Shown piece after piece: positions 1 to 12,349 of a stretch of 64,000 nucleotides of DNA. The notes under the pieces were generated by a model. That model saw nothing but the letters and a program-made list of their open reading frames with translations, made no database searches and was not told where the DNA came from. Where the stretch lies: contig CM126215.1 of assembly GCA_052327205.1 (NCBI GenBank), forward strand, positions 97,526,001 to 97,590,000, in the 5' to 3' direction. Numbering within the stretch: the stretch's first letter is position 1; each line of letters starts with the position of its first letter. This DNA comes from Somniosus microcephalus (taxonomy: Eukaryota). The translations under genes were made by a program, and so were the position numbers.

Positions 1-1206
1 CACAGGAGGCGTCTGGTCCCACCCACTGTTACGCTCGCATCCGCACATGCCAGCAAGGCACTCATGACTCCACCTGAAGCCTAAATAGTGCTTGCAGTGG
101 CCACGTTTCACTCGGGAAACCATCAATGAATTATGCCACATGCTGGAAACAGACATACAGACAACCTCACCATAGGCACCGCACTTCCAGTGGCTGTAAA
201 GGTAAAGGTTTTCTATGCTGCAGGGTCATTTCAGATTGCCTTTCGGGCCTGTAGTAATATTTCCCAATCAGTTGTGCACAAACGGATCAAGCAAGTCATC
301 GATGCACTATTTACCAGAGCTGCCCAGTACACTTGTTTCCCCATGGACAGACAGCACCAACATGACAGGGCAATTCAATTTTACCACACAGCAGGATTCG
401 CCAACGTCCAGAGTTATACATTGCTTCATATGCCCCTTTTCACAATCCCATCAACTACCTCAATGTGCTACCTCATTTTAGATTAGCAGCATCAGATCAT
501 GCAAATAAATGTAAAGGGAAATTTAGGACCACCCAACAACAGGTGACGTCACAGATTGCCATTTCATCTGTCAAGACCTTTTGACAGATGAAATATCAGC
601 GTTCGACAGCTGTTTGAAGCTGTCAAACACTGACAATCTGTACTCCAGGTTAATTCCTTCCTCTCAGGATGATTTAGAGATCTCCCCGGAACAGAAAGCC
701 GAGGCTGCAGATTTTGACAGCTGGTGGCCATTCTGCTTTCTATGCCGGTGAGATGAGGGACTCCCGAGACCTGAAGGAAGGAAGGCTGTAAAGGGAAGTA
801 AAGGTTAGTAGAACTTCTTTAAACACTTTACACACACCAAACACACTTACCTCTGCACTCATGCACCCATCACTCACCTGAACACCGGACATCTCAAACC
901 CTCCATGCCCTTCATCCCGATGGCCCGCCTCACTAACTTGGCGTGGTTTGGAGCTGTCGGGAATCCCACATTTCACCAATGAAAATAGGGATTAGGCTAA
1001 AAACTGCCTGTTAACAGGCAGTTAATTGGCACTAACCCCCTTCCACCTCAGGGAGGCGGCTCCCAATGCGGGTTGGATACCTGCCTCCTTTGAAACTGGC
1101 ATGGAGGCGGGTTGGGGGTGGGGTGGATTTCTGTCCCCCGATTTTGGGATTTTAACCCCCCACACACCTCCAATCCCGCCTGCATGGCCCAATGAAAACC
1201 CTACCC
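1..1206 (+). mobile_element. Degraded PIF/Harbinger DNA transposon (transposase fragment 133-486 plus terminal region)
   Basis: ORF 133-486 (ALPVAVKV..FYAAGSFQ..NISQSVVHKRIKQVIDALF..AGFANVQ) resembles the HTH region of HARBI1/Harbinger transposases. The element ends in GAAAACCCTACCC (~1194-1206), a GGG-type terminal repeat. Segment 578-645 matches the reverse complement of 44380-44460. Confidence 0.7.
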
Positions 1207-1704
1207 ATTGTCTCTTGAAAATATTGTCATTTGCTTGATATATGTGTGGATAGCAGACTATCTGATGTGGTAGATGTTTCCTGCTTGGAAGGATCTGGTG
1301 CCATAAAAGCTTACCGCTGTGGTAACACAGCTGTTACAAGTTTTAGGTCTGTCTAAGATATTCTCTCGGGTGCTGGTCAGCCCTATAAGAGATCCGAACG
1401 TCTCATATTCGGGAGTGTGCCTGCACTGCCAAATGTCCAATTATATGATAGTGTAACCCAAGGGTGGAGCAGGACCTCCTTTTGATTTGAACTGGATATC
1501 ATGTCCTTCACATGTGCCCTCACATGTACTTCTCCAAGCTTTCAGTCAGCAAACTGAAAGACACTTTAGTGAAATAAGAACTGAAGCGAATCTTCAAGCT
1601 GCTTTATTTTACAGACAGTATGTGAACATACCGAGTTGTAAATAAACCTAACTTTTGCCACACAATTTCACTTCTCTCCTCGAAAGAGGAGAACAAACAA
1701 TAAA

Positions 1705-2713
1705 TAGAGGGAACGGTAGCATAGTGGTTATGTTACTGGACTAGTAATCCAGAGGCCTGGACGAATGATCCAGTTAGACGTGAGTTCAAATCCTACCACA
1801 GTAGCTGGGGAATTTAAATTCAGTTAATTAAATAAATCTGGGATAAAGAGCTAGTATCAGTAATGGTGACCATGAAAAACTATAGGATTATAAAATTCTA
1901 ACAGGCCTAGACAGACTAGATGCAGGAAGGATGTTCCTGATGGCGGGGGAGTCCAGAACCAGGGGTCACAGTCTAAGGATAAGGGGTAAGCCATTTAGGA
2001 CTGAGATGAGGAGGAATTTCTTCACCCAGAGAGTGGTGAACCTGTGGAATTCTCTACCACAGAAGGCTGTTGAGGTCAATTCATTAAATATATTCAAAAA
2101 GGGGTTAGATATATTTCTTAAGGGACATGGGGAGAAAGCAGGGGCAGGGTACTGAATTTGGATGATCAGCAATAATCTCATTAAATGGCGGAACAGGCTT
2201 GAGGGGCCGAATGGCCTACTCCTGCTCCTATCTTCTATGACTAGTAAGGGCATCAAGGGATATGGCGATAAGGCCGGTGAATGGAATTGAGGCAGAAGAT
2301 CGGCCATGATCTCATTGAATGGCGGAGCAGGCTCGAATGGCCTGCTCCTGCTCCTATTTCTTATGTTATCATTAAAAACCCAGCGGTTCACTAATGTCCT
2401 TTACAGAAGGAAATCTGGTTGACTCTTCACTGCCCTCTAAAATGGCCAAGCAAACCATTCAGTTGTAACAAACCGCTACAAAAACAAAAATAAGAATAAA
2501 ACCTTGGCACCAGCTTCGGACACGACAACGGCACACCCAGCCCAATTGACCCTGCAAAGTCCTCCTCACTAACATCTGGGGACGTGTGCCAAAATTGGAA
2601 GAGCTGTCCCGCAGGCTCGTCAAGCCTGGCACAGTCATACTCACAGAATCATACCTTTCTGCCAATGTCCCAGACTCCTCCATCACCATCCTCCATCACC
2701 ATCCCCTGGGTAT
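1705..2713 (+). mobile_element. 5' portion of a non-LTR retroelement: tRNA-derived head followed by APE endonuclease N-terminus (interrupted by CR1 fragments, truncated by Gypsy LTR)
   Basis: A box TAGCATAGTGG (1717-1727) and B box GTTCAAATCC (1784-1793). From ~2553 the frame reads CKVLLTNIWG..VILTESYL..ITI, matching APE motifs I and II. Confidence 0.7.
1889..2366 (+). mobile_element. Two tandem CR1 LINE 3' fragments
   Basis: ORF 1931-2155 (RTRGHSLRIRGKPFRTEMRRNFFTQRVVNLWNSLP) matches the C-terminus of the CR1 ORF2 at 25509. The 3'UTR motif GGCCTACTCCTGCTCCTAT-like occurs twice (~2212 and ~2340). Confidence 0.9.
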
Positions 2714-2936
2714 TGTTATATCCGTGTATCTTAATGTTGTGTCCTTCAATAATCAGACAACAGACTGCAGGGAACGATCAACAGGTGTTTACTGAATGAG
2801 GGTTACTCTAGAACTAACTGTACAGATCACTACTCAGGGTTTATATACAGGTGTGGTCACTGCCGGTACTACAGTATACAGGAGCTGTAAAAAGTAGTTC
2901 TCTCCCTTAAGGTATATATACATTACATACATTACA
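2714..2936 (-). repeat. 3' LTR of Gypsy element A (223 bp)
   Basis: Direct repeat of 12031-12247 with a few substitutions and a 7-bp duplication. Adjacent to the PPT. Confidence 0.95.
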
Positions 2937-3023
2937 ATTCCTCCCCTTTTAGATTAACACTACCATAATACTCATTTAACAATTAACATTTTTATTATAC
3001 AATGTTATATGAAAATAGTCCAT

Positions 3024-4568
3024 TCATATATTCAGTCTGTGGGGAGGCTTCCTGATTCTTTCTGGATAACGCCTTTCCCGATTGTTTCGCTCTTGGTGCG
3101 GAGGCGATTCTAGCACCCTGTCGTCAGTTGATTCATCAGCTTCCAATGCTATTGTTTCTGAGGTAGATGCGACCTGTACGTCGGGTTCCTCACCAGGTAC
3201 GTATGGCCGAGACATGGGGTTGACTCGTTCCTGTGACTCTAGGATCTGGTCAGCATGGCGTCTCACGATGTTCTCCCCAACATCCACTGTGTACATTAGT
3301 GGCCCCTGCCGTGTGCATATCGTTCCTGGTTGCCATTTCTCTGTTCGGTAGTCGCGGGCCAAGACTTGTTGCCCTACATTGAAGCTCCTTGTCGGCTTCT
3401 CATTGATGTGCTGGAATTGCTTACTCTCAACATCTCTTCATACATTTGGTCTGAGCAAATCCAGACGAGATCTCAACCTTCGGTTATAGAACATCATGGC
3501 CGGGGCCTGGTTGGTGACTGCATGTGTCGCATTTCTGTAGGCTAACAGGAAATTGTCCACCTTATGCTGCAGTGGAATGTCGTCATCGCACATGGCCTTT
3601 ACTGCTTTTTTAAAGGTTTGTACGAACCTCTCAGCCAATCCATTTGTGGCTGGATGATACGGGGCGGATGTGTAATGCCTTACCCCATTCCTTTTCATAA
3701 ATCTTCGAAACTCTTCGGACACAAACTGTGGTCCGTTATCAGAGCAAATCTGCTCTGGCAAGCCGTTCCTGGCAAAAATGGTCCGTAGGACTGCAATAGT
3801 TTTCTCCGTGCTGGTGGAGGACATTTTGATCACCTCAGGCCATTTCGAGTGCGCATCCACGGCTATTAAAAACATTGAGTCCATGAATGGACCAGCAAAA
3901 TCAATATGCACCCGTTGCCATGGAGATGAGGGCCACTCCCATGGGTGTAGAGGGGCATGTGGTGGTGCATTTTGGACCTTCTGGCATCCTGAGCAGCTCT
4001 TTGTCAGGTCCTCGATTTGCTGATCGATCCCCGGCCACCACACATAACCCCTAACAAGGCTTTTCATTTTCACCCCTCCCAGATGACCTTCGTGAAGCTC
4101 ATTGAGCACTCTCTCCCTTAACTTGGGTGGAATTACCACTCGGGATCCACACATCAAGGTCCCCTGGCATACTGACAGCTGTTCTCTTCTGGATGAGAAT
4201 GCTGGCAACAGTGAGTCGCCATGTGCTGGCCATCCCTTCACCGTCAAATCATATACCCGAGACAGTGTCGGGTCATTTCGGGTCTCCTCTATACCAGCGT
4301 TAGTTACTGGCAAGCATTCAATTATAGTCGAATGAAATATTTCGACAGGATCCACTGTTGGTGCTTCCTCCGCAGTAGGCAGTGGCAGGCGTGATAGCCC
4401 ATCAGCGTTTCCATGCTGTTTCGTGCCCTTATACTCGATTTCATATTGGTGCGCCCCTAGAAAAAGGGATCATCTTTGTAGCCATTGCGCAGTCATCGCC
4501 GGAACGCCCTTCTTTGGATTAAAGATGGAGACAAGTGGTTGGTGGTCAGTCATCAAGGTGAACTTCTG
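3024..4568 (-). pseudogene. Gypsy A pol 3' part (RNase H end and integrase), frameshifted
   Basis: ORF 3438-4355 contains LHEGH..CSGC (HHCC), HIDFAGP, SDNGPQF and TNGLAER. ORF 3024-3362 is the C-terminal tail ending RKPPHRL. Confidence 0.92.
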
Positions 4569-4973
4569 CCCGTTGTAATGATATCAGCAAATAGAGATGG
4601 TATTTGCCTGTTTGATTATGATGCCTTACCAGCATGTTTGCATGTATTGATTGCTTGTGCCTGACCAGCAGAGGGCATGTGACAGAGACAAGCAAGGCAG
4701 TTTAGTTTGGTTTCAGTTTCGTTCCAGATGCATCACTAGCATGATGTCTCCTGTAAATGCTGTTATAAAGAGTTGAACAGACTTTAGATAAAAAGTCATT
4801 CTCTTTCATAAATGTCTCGTCATTGAACCCAGATACAAATCGATACATGGTGTCAGAAGTGATTGAAAGAGATGAAGAGGAAAAATCTGAAGTTAAATCA
4901 GCTCTCCACATATTAGCAAGCCAAAAGAGAACATCGTTACTTACCATTGGAGAATAGCTAACGAAGTGAAAAA

Positions 4974-5864
4974 ATGGAAGGTTTACACCCACCGGCGAAG
5001 CTTCAGTTGACAGGTAATGTGGCTGAAAATTGGAGAAGGCTCAAACAACGTTTGGAGTTGTATTTATCAGCAATCGGAGCTGACGAGAAAAGTGATAAAT
5101 TGAAAGCGTCAGTGTTCTTGCATGTCGTGGGTGATGAAGCGCTGGAGGTGTATAATAACTTAACATTCGCTGCTGATGGAGACAAAATGAAGCTAGATAA
5201 AATAATGGAACAGTTTGAGGCCTACTGCATACCTAAACGTAACGTGACGTTTGAGAGGCACAGATTTTTCACATGTGTACAAAAAACGGGAGAGACTATT
5301 GATCAGTATGTGACTGAACTGAGAAACCGAAGCAAAACATGTGAATTTGGGGGACTGACAGACTCGCTGATAAAAGACAGACTGGTGTGTGGTATTCCAG
5401 ATAATGGTCTAAGGGAAAGACTGCTAAGAGAGCAAGACCTAGACCTGGGAAAAGCCATAGCACTGTGTAGGGCTACAGAGACTGTGAAGTTGCAGGCAAA
5501 GGAGCTGTTCAGTGACAATAGCTGCAATGTGGATGCAGTGAGAATGAACGGACACAAACCGTTTAACAAAAAGAGCGTCAATGTGAAAAAAGAGGCGTGG
5601 CCAGCGAACAAAAATGAAAGGGGCAATCGAAAGTCATGTAGTCGATGCGGTACACAGCATACACCAAAAAAGTGTCCAGCATATGGTAAAAAATGCAATA
5701 GTTGCAACAAAAACAACCATTATGCACGTTGCTGTAAGAACCAAGCGCAACAAAGCAAGGTCTATACAGTAGATGAAAGCGAGATAGAGGAGTTCAATGT
5801 AGATGTTGTGTCTGAAAACAAAAAAAGAAAAAAGAGACTGGATGTTGACACTAAAAGTGAATGA
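4974..5864 (+). CDS. Gypsy B gag (two CCHC zinc knuckles)
   Basis: 296-aa ORF with GNVAENW, FERHRF, LIKDRLVCGI, CSRCGTQHTPKKC and CNSCNKNNHYARCC. Confidence 0.88.
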   Translation: MEGLHPPAKLQLTGNVAENWRRLKQRLELYLSAIGADEKSDKLKASVFLHVVGDEALEVYNNLTFAADGDKMKLDKIMEQFEAYCIPKRNVTFERHRFFTCVQKTGETIDQYVTELRNRSKTCEFGGLTDSLIKDRLVCGIPDNGLRERLLREQDLDLGKAIALCRATETVKLQAKELFSDNSCNVDAVRMNGHKPFNKKSVNVKKEAWPANKNERGNRKSCSRCGTQHTPKKCPAYGKKCNSCNKNNHYARCCKNQAQQSKVYTVDESEIEEFNVDVVSENKKRKKRLDVDTKSE

Positions 5865-8800
5865 CATACATATTCCATTTAAATTGGATACTGGAGCACA
5901 AGTTAATGTGATATCAGAGACTGATTTTAAGAAAATTAGACCCAGACCAAAGATACATGGAATAAAAGTGAAAGTGACAGGATACTCAGGTACTGATATA
6001 CCAGTGAAAGGAAGATGCATTGTCAAAGTAACACACAAGGACAGAGAGCACACGCTAGCATTAATCGTGGTGCCAAAGGATGTGCAAGCCATACTAGGTT
6101 TAAAAGCCTGTGAGAGACTGAACCTGGTAAAGAGAGTCCTCGTTGTGGAAAGCGAAGGAGAGACAGTCTATGATGAACTCATGAAAGAGTACAACGACCT
6201 ATTTAAGGGTCTAGGCTGCATTCCAGGAGAACACACGATCAGAGTAGATAAAAGTATGCCAACGGTCATACATCCATGCAGAAAAGTGCCGTTTGTTCTT
6301 CAAAAGCAACTGAAGGCAGAGTTGGACAGGATGGAAAGCCTGAGCGTGATTCAGAAGATAGATGAGCCAACTGAGTGGGTGAGTTCCCTCGTCGTTGTGG
6401 ACAAATAGAATGGAAAGCTCAGAATTTGCCTGGATCCAAGAGATCTAAACAGAGCAATAGAGAGAGAGCACTTCAAGCTTCCTACACGTGAGGAAATCAT
6501 GTCACAGTTTGCAAATGCAAAGTATTTCAGCAAGTTAGATGCATCATCAGGATTTTGGCAGATGAAATTGGACGAAGCAAGTTCAAGACTGTGCACGTTC
6601 AACAGTCCATTTGGCAGATACAGATTCCTAAGGTTACCATTTGGCATTGCCTCAGCTCCTGAAGTGTATCACAAAACTATCCATATGATCTATGAGCATC
6701 TGGAGGGAGTTGATACATCAATGGATGACATCATAGTATGGGGAACCACGAGAACTGAGCATGACGAGAGACTGAAAAAAGTGCTGGAAGCAACAAGGAA
6801 AACAAACCTGAAGCTGAATAGAGAGAAATGCCAGCTCGGGGTGACAGAACTGACATTCGTGGGAGATATCCTTAGCGGTGAGGGCATCAGACCAGATCCC
6901 AGAAAGGTGTCCGCCATTGAGAATATGCCAAAACCACAGTGCAAAAAAGACGTGCAGAGGTTTAATGGAATGATCAACTACATGGGTAAATTCATATCCA
7001 ACCTCTCAGAAAAGATGGCGCCACTGAGAAGACTAACTGAAAAGAACATAGAATGGGAATGGAATCATGAGCATGAGAAGTCATGGAGCGATCTAAAGAA
7101 ACTGCTCACAGAGGAACCAGTTCTGAGGTTTTATGACCCAGCGAGACCCATCAAGATATCAGATGCATCACAGAGTGGGCTCGGTGCCGTTCTTCTGCAA
7201 AAATATGACTACTGGCAACCTATTGCATATGCATCGCGCTCAATGACAGACGCGGAGACGCGATATGCTCAAATAGAAAAGGAGCTGCTCAGCATCACAT
7301 ACGCCTGTGAAAGATTTCACCAGTTTGTGGCAGGACAAGCAATCAGTGTAGAGACTGACCATAAGCCCTTGATTGCATTGTTCCAAAAGCCACTAAATAG
7401 CTGTCCGCTTAGAATACAAAGAATGATGATCAGGCTGCAACGCTATACACTGAATGTTGCGTACACACTGGGTAAGCTGATGTATACAGCAGACACATTG
7501 TCCAGAGCTGTTGACCCAAGTGAGCCCGCAAACACCAAAATGGATGAAAAAGTGAACGCCTACGTGGACATGATCACAAGTGCACTGCCCATAGCAGATG
7601 CAAAAATGGAGCTCATAAAGACTGAGACAAACAAAGATGAAACAATGAGACGACTGAGGAAAAGTATCTTGGATGGAAGGCCTAACATGAAGCAAGACTG
7701 CTCACCTGACATGGCAGAGTACTGGAACTGCAGGGCGGAACTATCAGTGGTTGAAGACATCATCTACAAAGGAAGTAAAATAGTTATCCCAAAGAGTCTG
7801 AGAAAAGAGATGCTAAAAAGGATCCATGGAGGACATCTGGGAATCAAAAAGTGTAAGCAAAGAGCACGAGAGGTGATGTACTGGCCACGAATCAACCAAG
7901 ATGTGACAACTGAGGTGTCAAACTGCACAATATGCCTGAAATATCGAGCAAGCAATCCGGTAGAACCACTAAAGCCACACCCAGCGCCAGACAGACCTTA
8001 CCAGAAGGTAGGCGCTGACCTATTCGTATGTCAAGGGAAGGACTATCTTGTAGTCACAGACTATTACTCCCTGTATCCAGAGGTTTGTAGACTGTACACC
8101 ACCACTGCAGATGCTGTGATAACATGTATGAAAGCCATATTCTCCAGGCATGGCGTGGCAAGCGAGGTCTTCACAGACAACGGACCCCAGTTTTACAATG
8201 CAAGTTTCCGACACTTTGCCAAAGAGTGGGACTTTGTCCACACAACGTCAAGTCCTCACTATCCACAGTCCAATGGAGTAGTGGAAAAATCGGTCCAGAC
8301 AGTGAAAAGACTGATGTACAAGGCAAGAGACGGTGGAACTGACTTCTACCAAAGCATACTTGTATACCGCATAACGCCGCTCGAGTGTGGTAAGTCACCA
8401 GCCCAACTCCTGATGGGACGTCGGCTAAGGTCAAACCTACCCATCCTGGAGAACCTCCTGAAAACAAAAGAGGGGGAGAAAGTGAGGAAGTTCAAAGAAC
8501 AACAGAAAGAAAAGCAAAAGTACTACTATGACAGAGGAACACAAAACCTACCTGAACTCCACACTGGTGACCAAGTAAGGTTCAAAGACAAAACAAACAC
8601 ATGGACTCAGAAGGGAACTGTCCTGAGTGAAGTTCAACCAAGATCATACACCATTCAGACAGATGAGGGTGCTGTTCTGAGAAGAAATCGTCGAGATCTT
8701 CTCATGGGACCAGCCATAGCAGGTCAAGAGACTGATACTGTTGAACAACCTGATCACACAGCTGAGAACACATCATCTGAGGCAACAACTCAGATTCAAG

Positions 8801-8865
8801 GACAATCAATCAGAAAATCCTCAAGACACGTGAAGCCTCCTGAGAGACTCATTGAGCAAATTTAA
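5803..8865 (+). pseudogene. Gypsy B pol (PR-RT-RH-IN), with a frame change at an A-run near 5820 and a nonsense codon at 6406
   Basis: LDTGA protease motif; KLDASSGFWQ and SMDD in RT; DAS and ETDHKPL in RNase H; IHGGH..CTIC, TDNGPQF and SNGVVE in integrase. The 788-aa open segment spans 6499-8865. Confidence 0.9.
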
Positions 8866-9361
8866 GGACTATTGTTATAGAAGGAAGTAATGTTATCTTA
8901 TTCTTTCTTCAAGTTCTAGTGTATTGACATATTTCATGTGAACACACAAAGCAAGGTTAAAAAACCTTGATCATGATAATGATAATGTAAGTTCATTAAG
9001 TGTTACAGTTAAAATGCAGATTAATACGAAGAAAACATGTTGTTAGTTAAAAGTAAAATACTTTTGTTTTAAGAAAAGGAGATGTAATGATATCAGCAAA
9101 TAAAGATGGTATTTGCCTGTTTGATTTTGATGCCTTACCAGCATGTTTGCATGTATTGATTGCTTGTGCCTGACCAGCAGAGGGCATGTGACAGAGACAA
9201 GCAAGGCAGTTTAGTTTGGTTTCAGTTTCGTTCTAGATGCATCACTAGCATGATGTCTCCTGTAAATGCTGTTATAAAGAGTTGAACAGACTTTAGATTA
9301 AAAGACATTCTCTTTCATAAATGTCTCGTCATTGAACCCACATACAAACCGATACACCCGT

Positions 9362-11693
9362 GCAGATAGTGATTGAACTTTTTCACTCCCCACACTAGGC
9401 TGAGTGCCTCCCTGTCAATCTGGGCGTAGTTACGCTCGGCTGAGGTTAGTGACTGAGGCGCAAAGGCTACTGGCCTCTCTGAGCCGTCCGGGAATTTGTG
9501 CGACAGCACCGCTCCAATGCCATAGGGTGATGCATCACACGCCAACCGAATTGGTAGTGCTGGGTTGAAATGAGCCAACACCTCTTTTGATGTGATCAAT
9601 GCTTTGCTCTTCTGGAAAGCTTGTTTACATTCGTCACTCCACTTCCATGGTACCCCCGTTTGCAGTAGAGTGTTCAGTGGGTGTAGTACGATAGACAAAT
9701 TCGGCAAGAACTTATGGTAGTAGTTCACCAGCCCGAGGAACGACCTCAGTTGTGACACATTTTCCGGTGCTGGAGCCTTGACTACTGCCTCAATCTTTTC
9801 AGGGGACTTATGTAACCCCTCTTTATCAATAACGTGGCCACAATACGAGATCTGCTTCTGGAAAAACTCGCATTTGTGGCGACTAGCTCGGAGCCCATAT
9901 TCCTTCAATCTAGTGAGCACCTGCTCCAGGTTGGCGAGGTGATCACTGTCATTTTCGCCCGTGACCAGGATGTCGTCCAAATAACACTGGGTCCCTGGAA
10001 TCCCTTGCAGGACTTGTTCCATTGCCCTTTGCCAAATAGCCGGAGCTGATGCTACCCCGAACACCAGCCGGTTGTATTGGTAGAGACCTTTATGAGTGTT
10101 GATCGTGAGGTACTGTTTCGAGGCTTCTTCTACCTCCATTTGCAGGTACGCCTGGGCCAGATCAATCTTAGTGAAGCGTTTCCCTCCAGATAGTGAGGCG
10201 AAAATATCTTCAATCCGCGGAAGTGGATATTGTACAGTGTGAAGGACTGGGTTCACTGTCACCTTAAAGACCCCACGGATGCGAACCTTCTTTGGTTCCC
10301 CAGGCGTATTACTCAACGACCTCTTCATTACAGGAACGATGGGTGTAGCCCACTCGCTCCAGTCCACTTTGGACAGTACTCCTGAACATTCCAAACCTTC
10401 CAGCTCTGCTTCAACGGCTGGGCGGATCGCATAAGGTACCGGTCTGGCCTTAAAAAACTTTGGGCTTGCATTTTCCTCTATTTTGATCGTCGCTGTTATG
10501 CCTTTTAGTGTTCCAAGTCCCTGCTGGAACACTTCTTGTGCGTCAGTTAGCATTTTTGACAGTCATCCAGGTGTGACATCGGCATCCTTTTTGGCATCTA
10601 CAGTCAGTGCTTGTATGGAATGCCAATCTAGCTGTATCTTCCAGATCCATTCACGTCCTAGTAGTGGTGGTCCTCCATCTGGCAATACATATAGGTCCAT
10701 TTTTGGTGTTTCCTTGCCGTTATATATAACGTTCACCCTTATTTTTCCTTTGGGGTAGACTTTTTGCCCCGTGTACGTCTTCAAGACAATCTTTGTATCT
10801 CTCAAGGGTATATGTGAGAATAGCCACTTGTAGTCCCTTCGGTTTATGACTGTTAGGGCTGATCCTGTGTCCAATTCCATTTTCACTTGGACTCCTGCTA
10901 TCTTGAGCGTGACCCAGATAGTTTGGTGATCCTCCATTTTGATCACATTATATAGTTTCAGACAACCCAGCTCCTTGCTTCCGGAGTCTGTATCACTTTT
11001 CTGTTCGTCTGGACTACTCTCCGTCACCTTATGTACCTTCTTGTACTTCTCCTGTGGAGATTTCTTGCTGCTGGTTTTCTTTCCCGACCTGCAGACTCTT
11101 GCTATGTGTCCTACTTTTCCACACTGTCTGCACACTTTGTCCTTGAACCAGCAATCATTATGGTCGTGTGTTGTTCTGCCGCAGCGATAGCACTTCACTG
11201 TTCTGTATGACATTTCATTTGTGCCATATTCTTGCGGTCTCCGTTGCATCTCTGCAGCGCCCCGTGCTGCTGCTTCATGTGATACTGCCATGCTGAAAGC
11301 CTTGTCCAGCGTAAGATCCTTTTCTCATAGAAGCCGTTTCTGGGTTCCTTCACTTTGAAGCCCACACACAAACTTGTCCCTTAAAGTATCTGCTAGTCCC
11401 GTTCCAAACTGGCAGTGTTTCGATAGCTTGCGCAGTTCCGTTAAATACTCAGCATTACTTTCACCTTTATGCTGGTTCCTTTTGTGAAACTTAAATCTTT
11501 CTGCTATCAGCAGCGGTATGGGGTTTAAGTGGTCCTGTAGGATTGACACTATGTTTTCAAAATCCTTTTCTACTGGCTTCTCTGGGGTTACTAGGTTTCG
11601 TAGTAAGCCATATGTTTTTGCACCCATTGAACACCGGCTGCGCTCTGCTCTCTCTCGTCTCTCTCCCCATTGACGCCGCTCGGTCCTGAACAC
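9362..11693 (-). pseudogene. Gypsy A gag-PR-RT-RH, disrupted
   Basis: ORFs 11325-11693 (gag), 10563-11291 (two CCHC, LDTGS protease) and 9315-10553 (YLDD RT, ACDAS RNase H). Confidence 0.92.
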
Positions 11694-12030
11694 CGGCTGT
11701 GCCCTGTGCGCTCTGCCCTCTCTCTCTCCCCCGTCGACGCTGCTCGGCCTTTTTCTGTGCCGCTCGGTCGGGCTCTAGCCGCCGCCGTCCGGGAAGGGTC
11801 TGCGCAGTACCTGTTGCCAGCCCGTTTCGCTGGACCACTGTGACTGGAAAGCCAAGCCTGGCTCTCGACAGCCTCCCCTGCGATGCTCAAATCTCCGCTG
11901 GATGACTGGGCGGTTGCCCGTGGTCGACGCCCGTGCTTCTGGACTCGACCTCCTTCCACTGTTCTCCAGCAGCGAATCCCTGGGAGGTGATGCAGAGTTG
12001 CAGGTAGGTTCGAATCTGCGTCATCGCCAA

Positions 12031-12247
12031 TGTTATATCCGTGTATCTTAATGTTGTGTCCTTCAATAATCAGACTGCAGGGAACGATTCAACAGCTGTT
12101 TACTGAATGAGGGTTACTCTAGAACTAACTGTACAGATCACTACTCAGGGTTTATATACAGGTGTGGTCACTGCCGGTACTACAGTATACAGGAGCTGTA
12201 AAAAGTAGTTCTCTCCCTTAAGGTATATATACATTACATACATTACA
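12031..12247 (-). repeat. 5' LTR of Gypsy element A (217 bp)
   Basis: Direct repeat of 2714-2936, next to the PBS. Confidence 0.95.
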
Positions 12248-12349
12248 CCTCCGACCCGAATTTCTGGGCCATTGTCTTTTTTTCTCACCTTGCATTCACG
12301 GGCAGTGCCTCCAACTTCTTCCTCCTTTTAAGGATTCATTACCTCCTCT

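Larger units (their letters stand above)
4574..9356 (+). mobile_element. Ty3/Gypsy LTR retrotransposon B, full length, nested in A
   Basis: 274-bp LTRs at 4574-4847 and 9083-9356 (TG..CA, about 7 mismatches). 5-bp TSD CCCGT (4569-4573 and 9357-9361). PBS TGGTGTCAGAAGTG (tRNA-Leu(CAA)-like) at 4848. PPT AAGAAAAGGAGA before 9083. Confidence 0.97.
2714..12247 (-). mobile_element. Ty3/Gypsy (Mag-like) LTR retrotransposon A, defective, interrupted by element B
   Basis: LTRs at 2714-2936 and 12031-12247 (TG..CA). Polypurine tract (PPT) complement ATTCCTCCCCTTTT at 2937. PBS TGGCGATGA (tRNA-Ser(GCU)-like) on minus just inside the 5' LTR. Gag/PR/RT/RH/IN ORF pieces on minus. Confidence 0.95.

Noticed and set aside
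133-486. Host HARBI1 gene
   Set aside because: Only a short degraded fragment that breaks off before the catalytic DDE region and lies within a repeat.
1243-1664. Possible solo LTR (TGTGTGG..CCACACA, AATAAA at 1641)
   Set aside because: No TSD and no second copy in the window.
1705-1800. tRNA gene
   Set aside because: A and B boxes are present but there is no convincing cloverleaf, and the sequence continues into a retroelement body.
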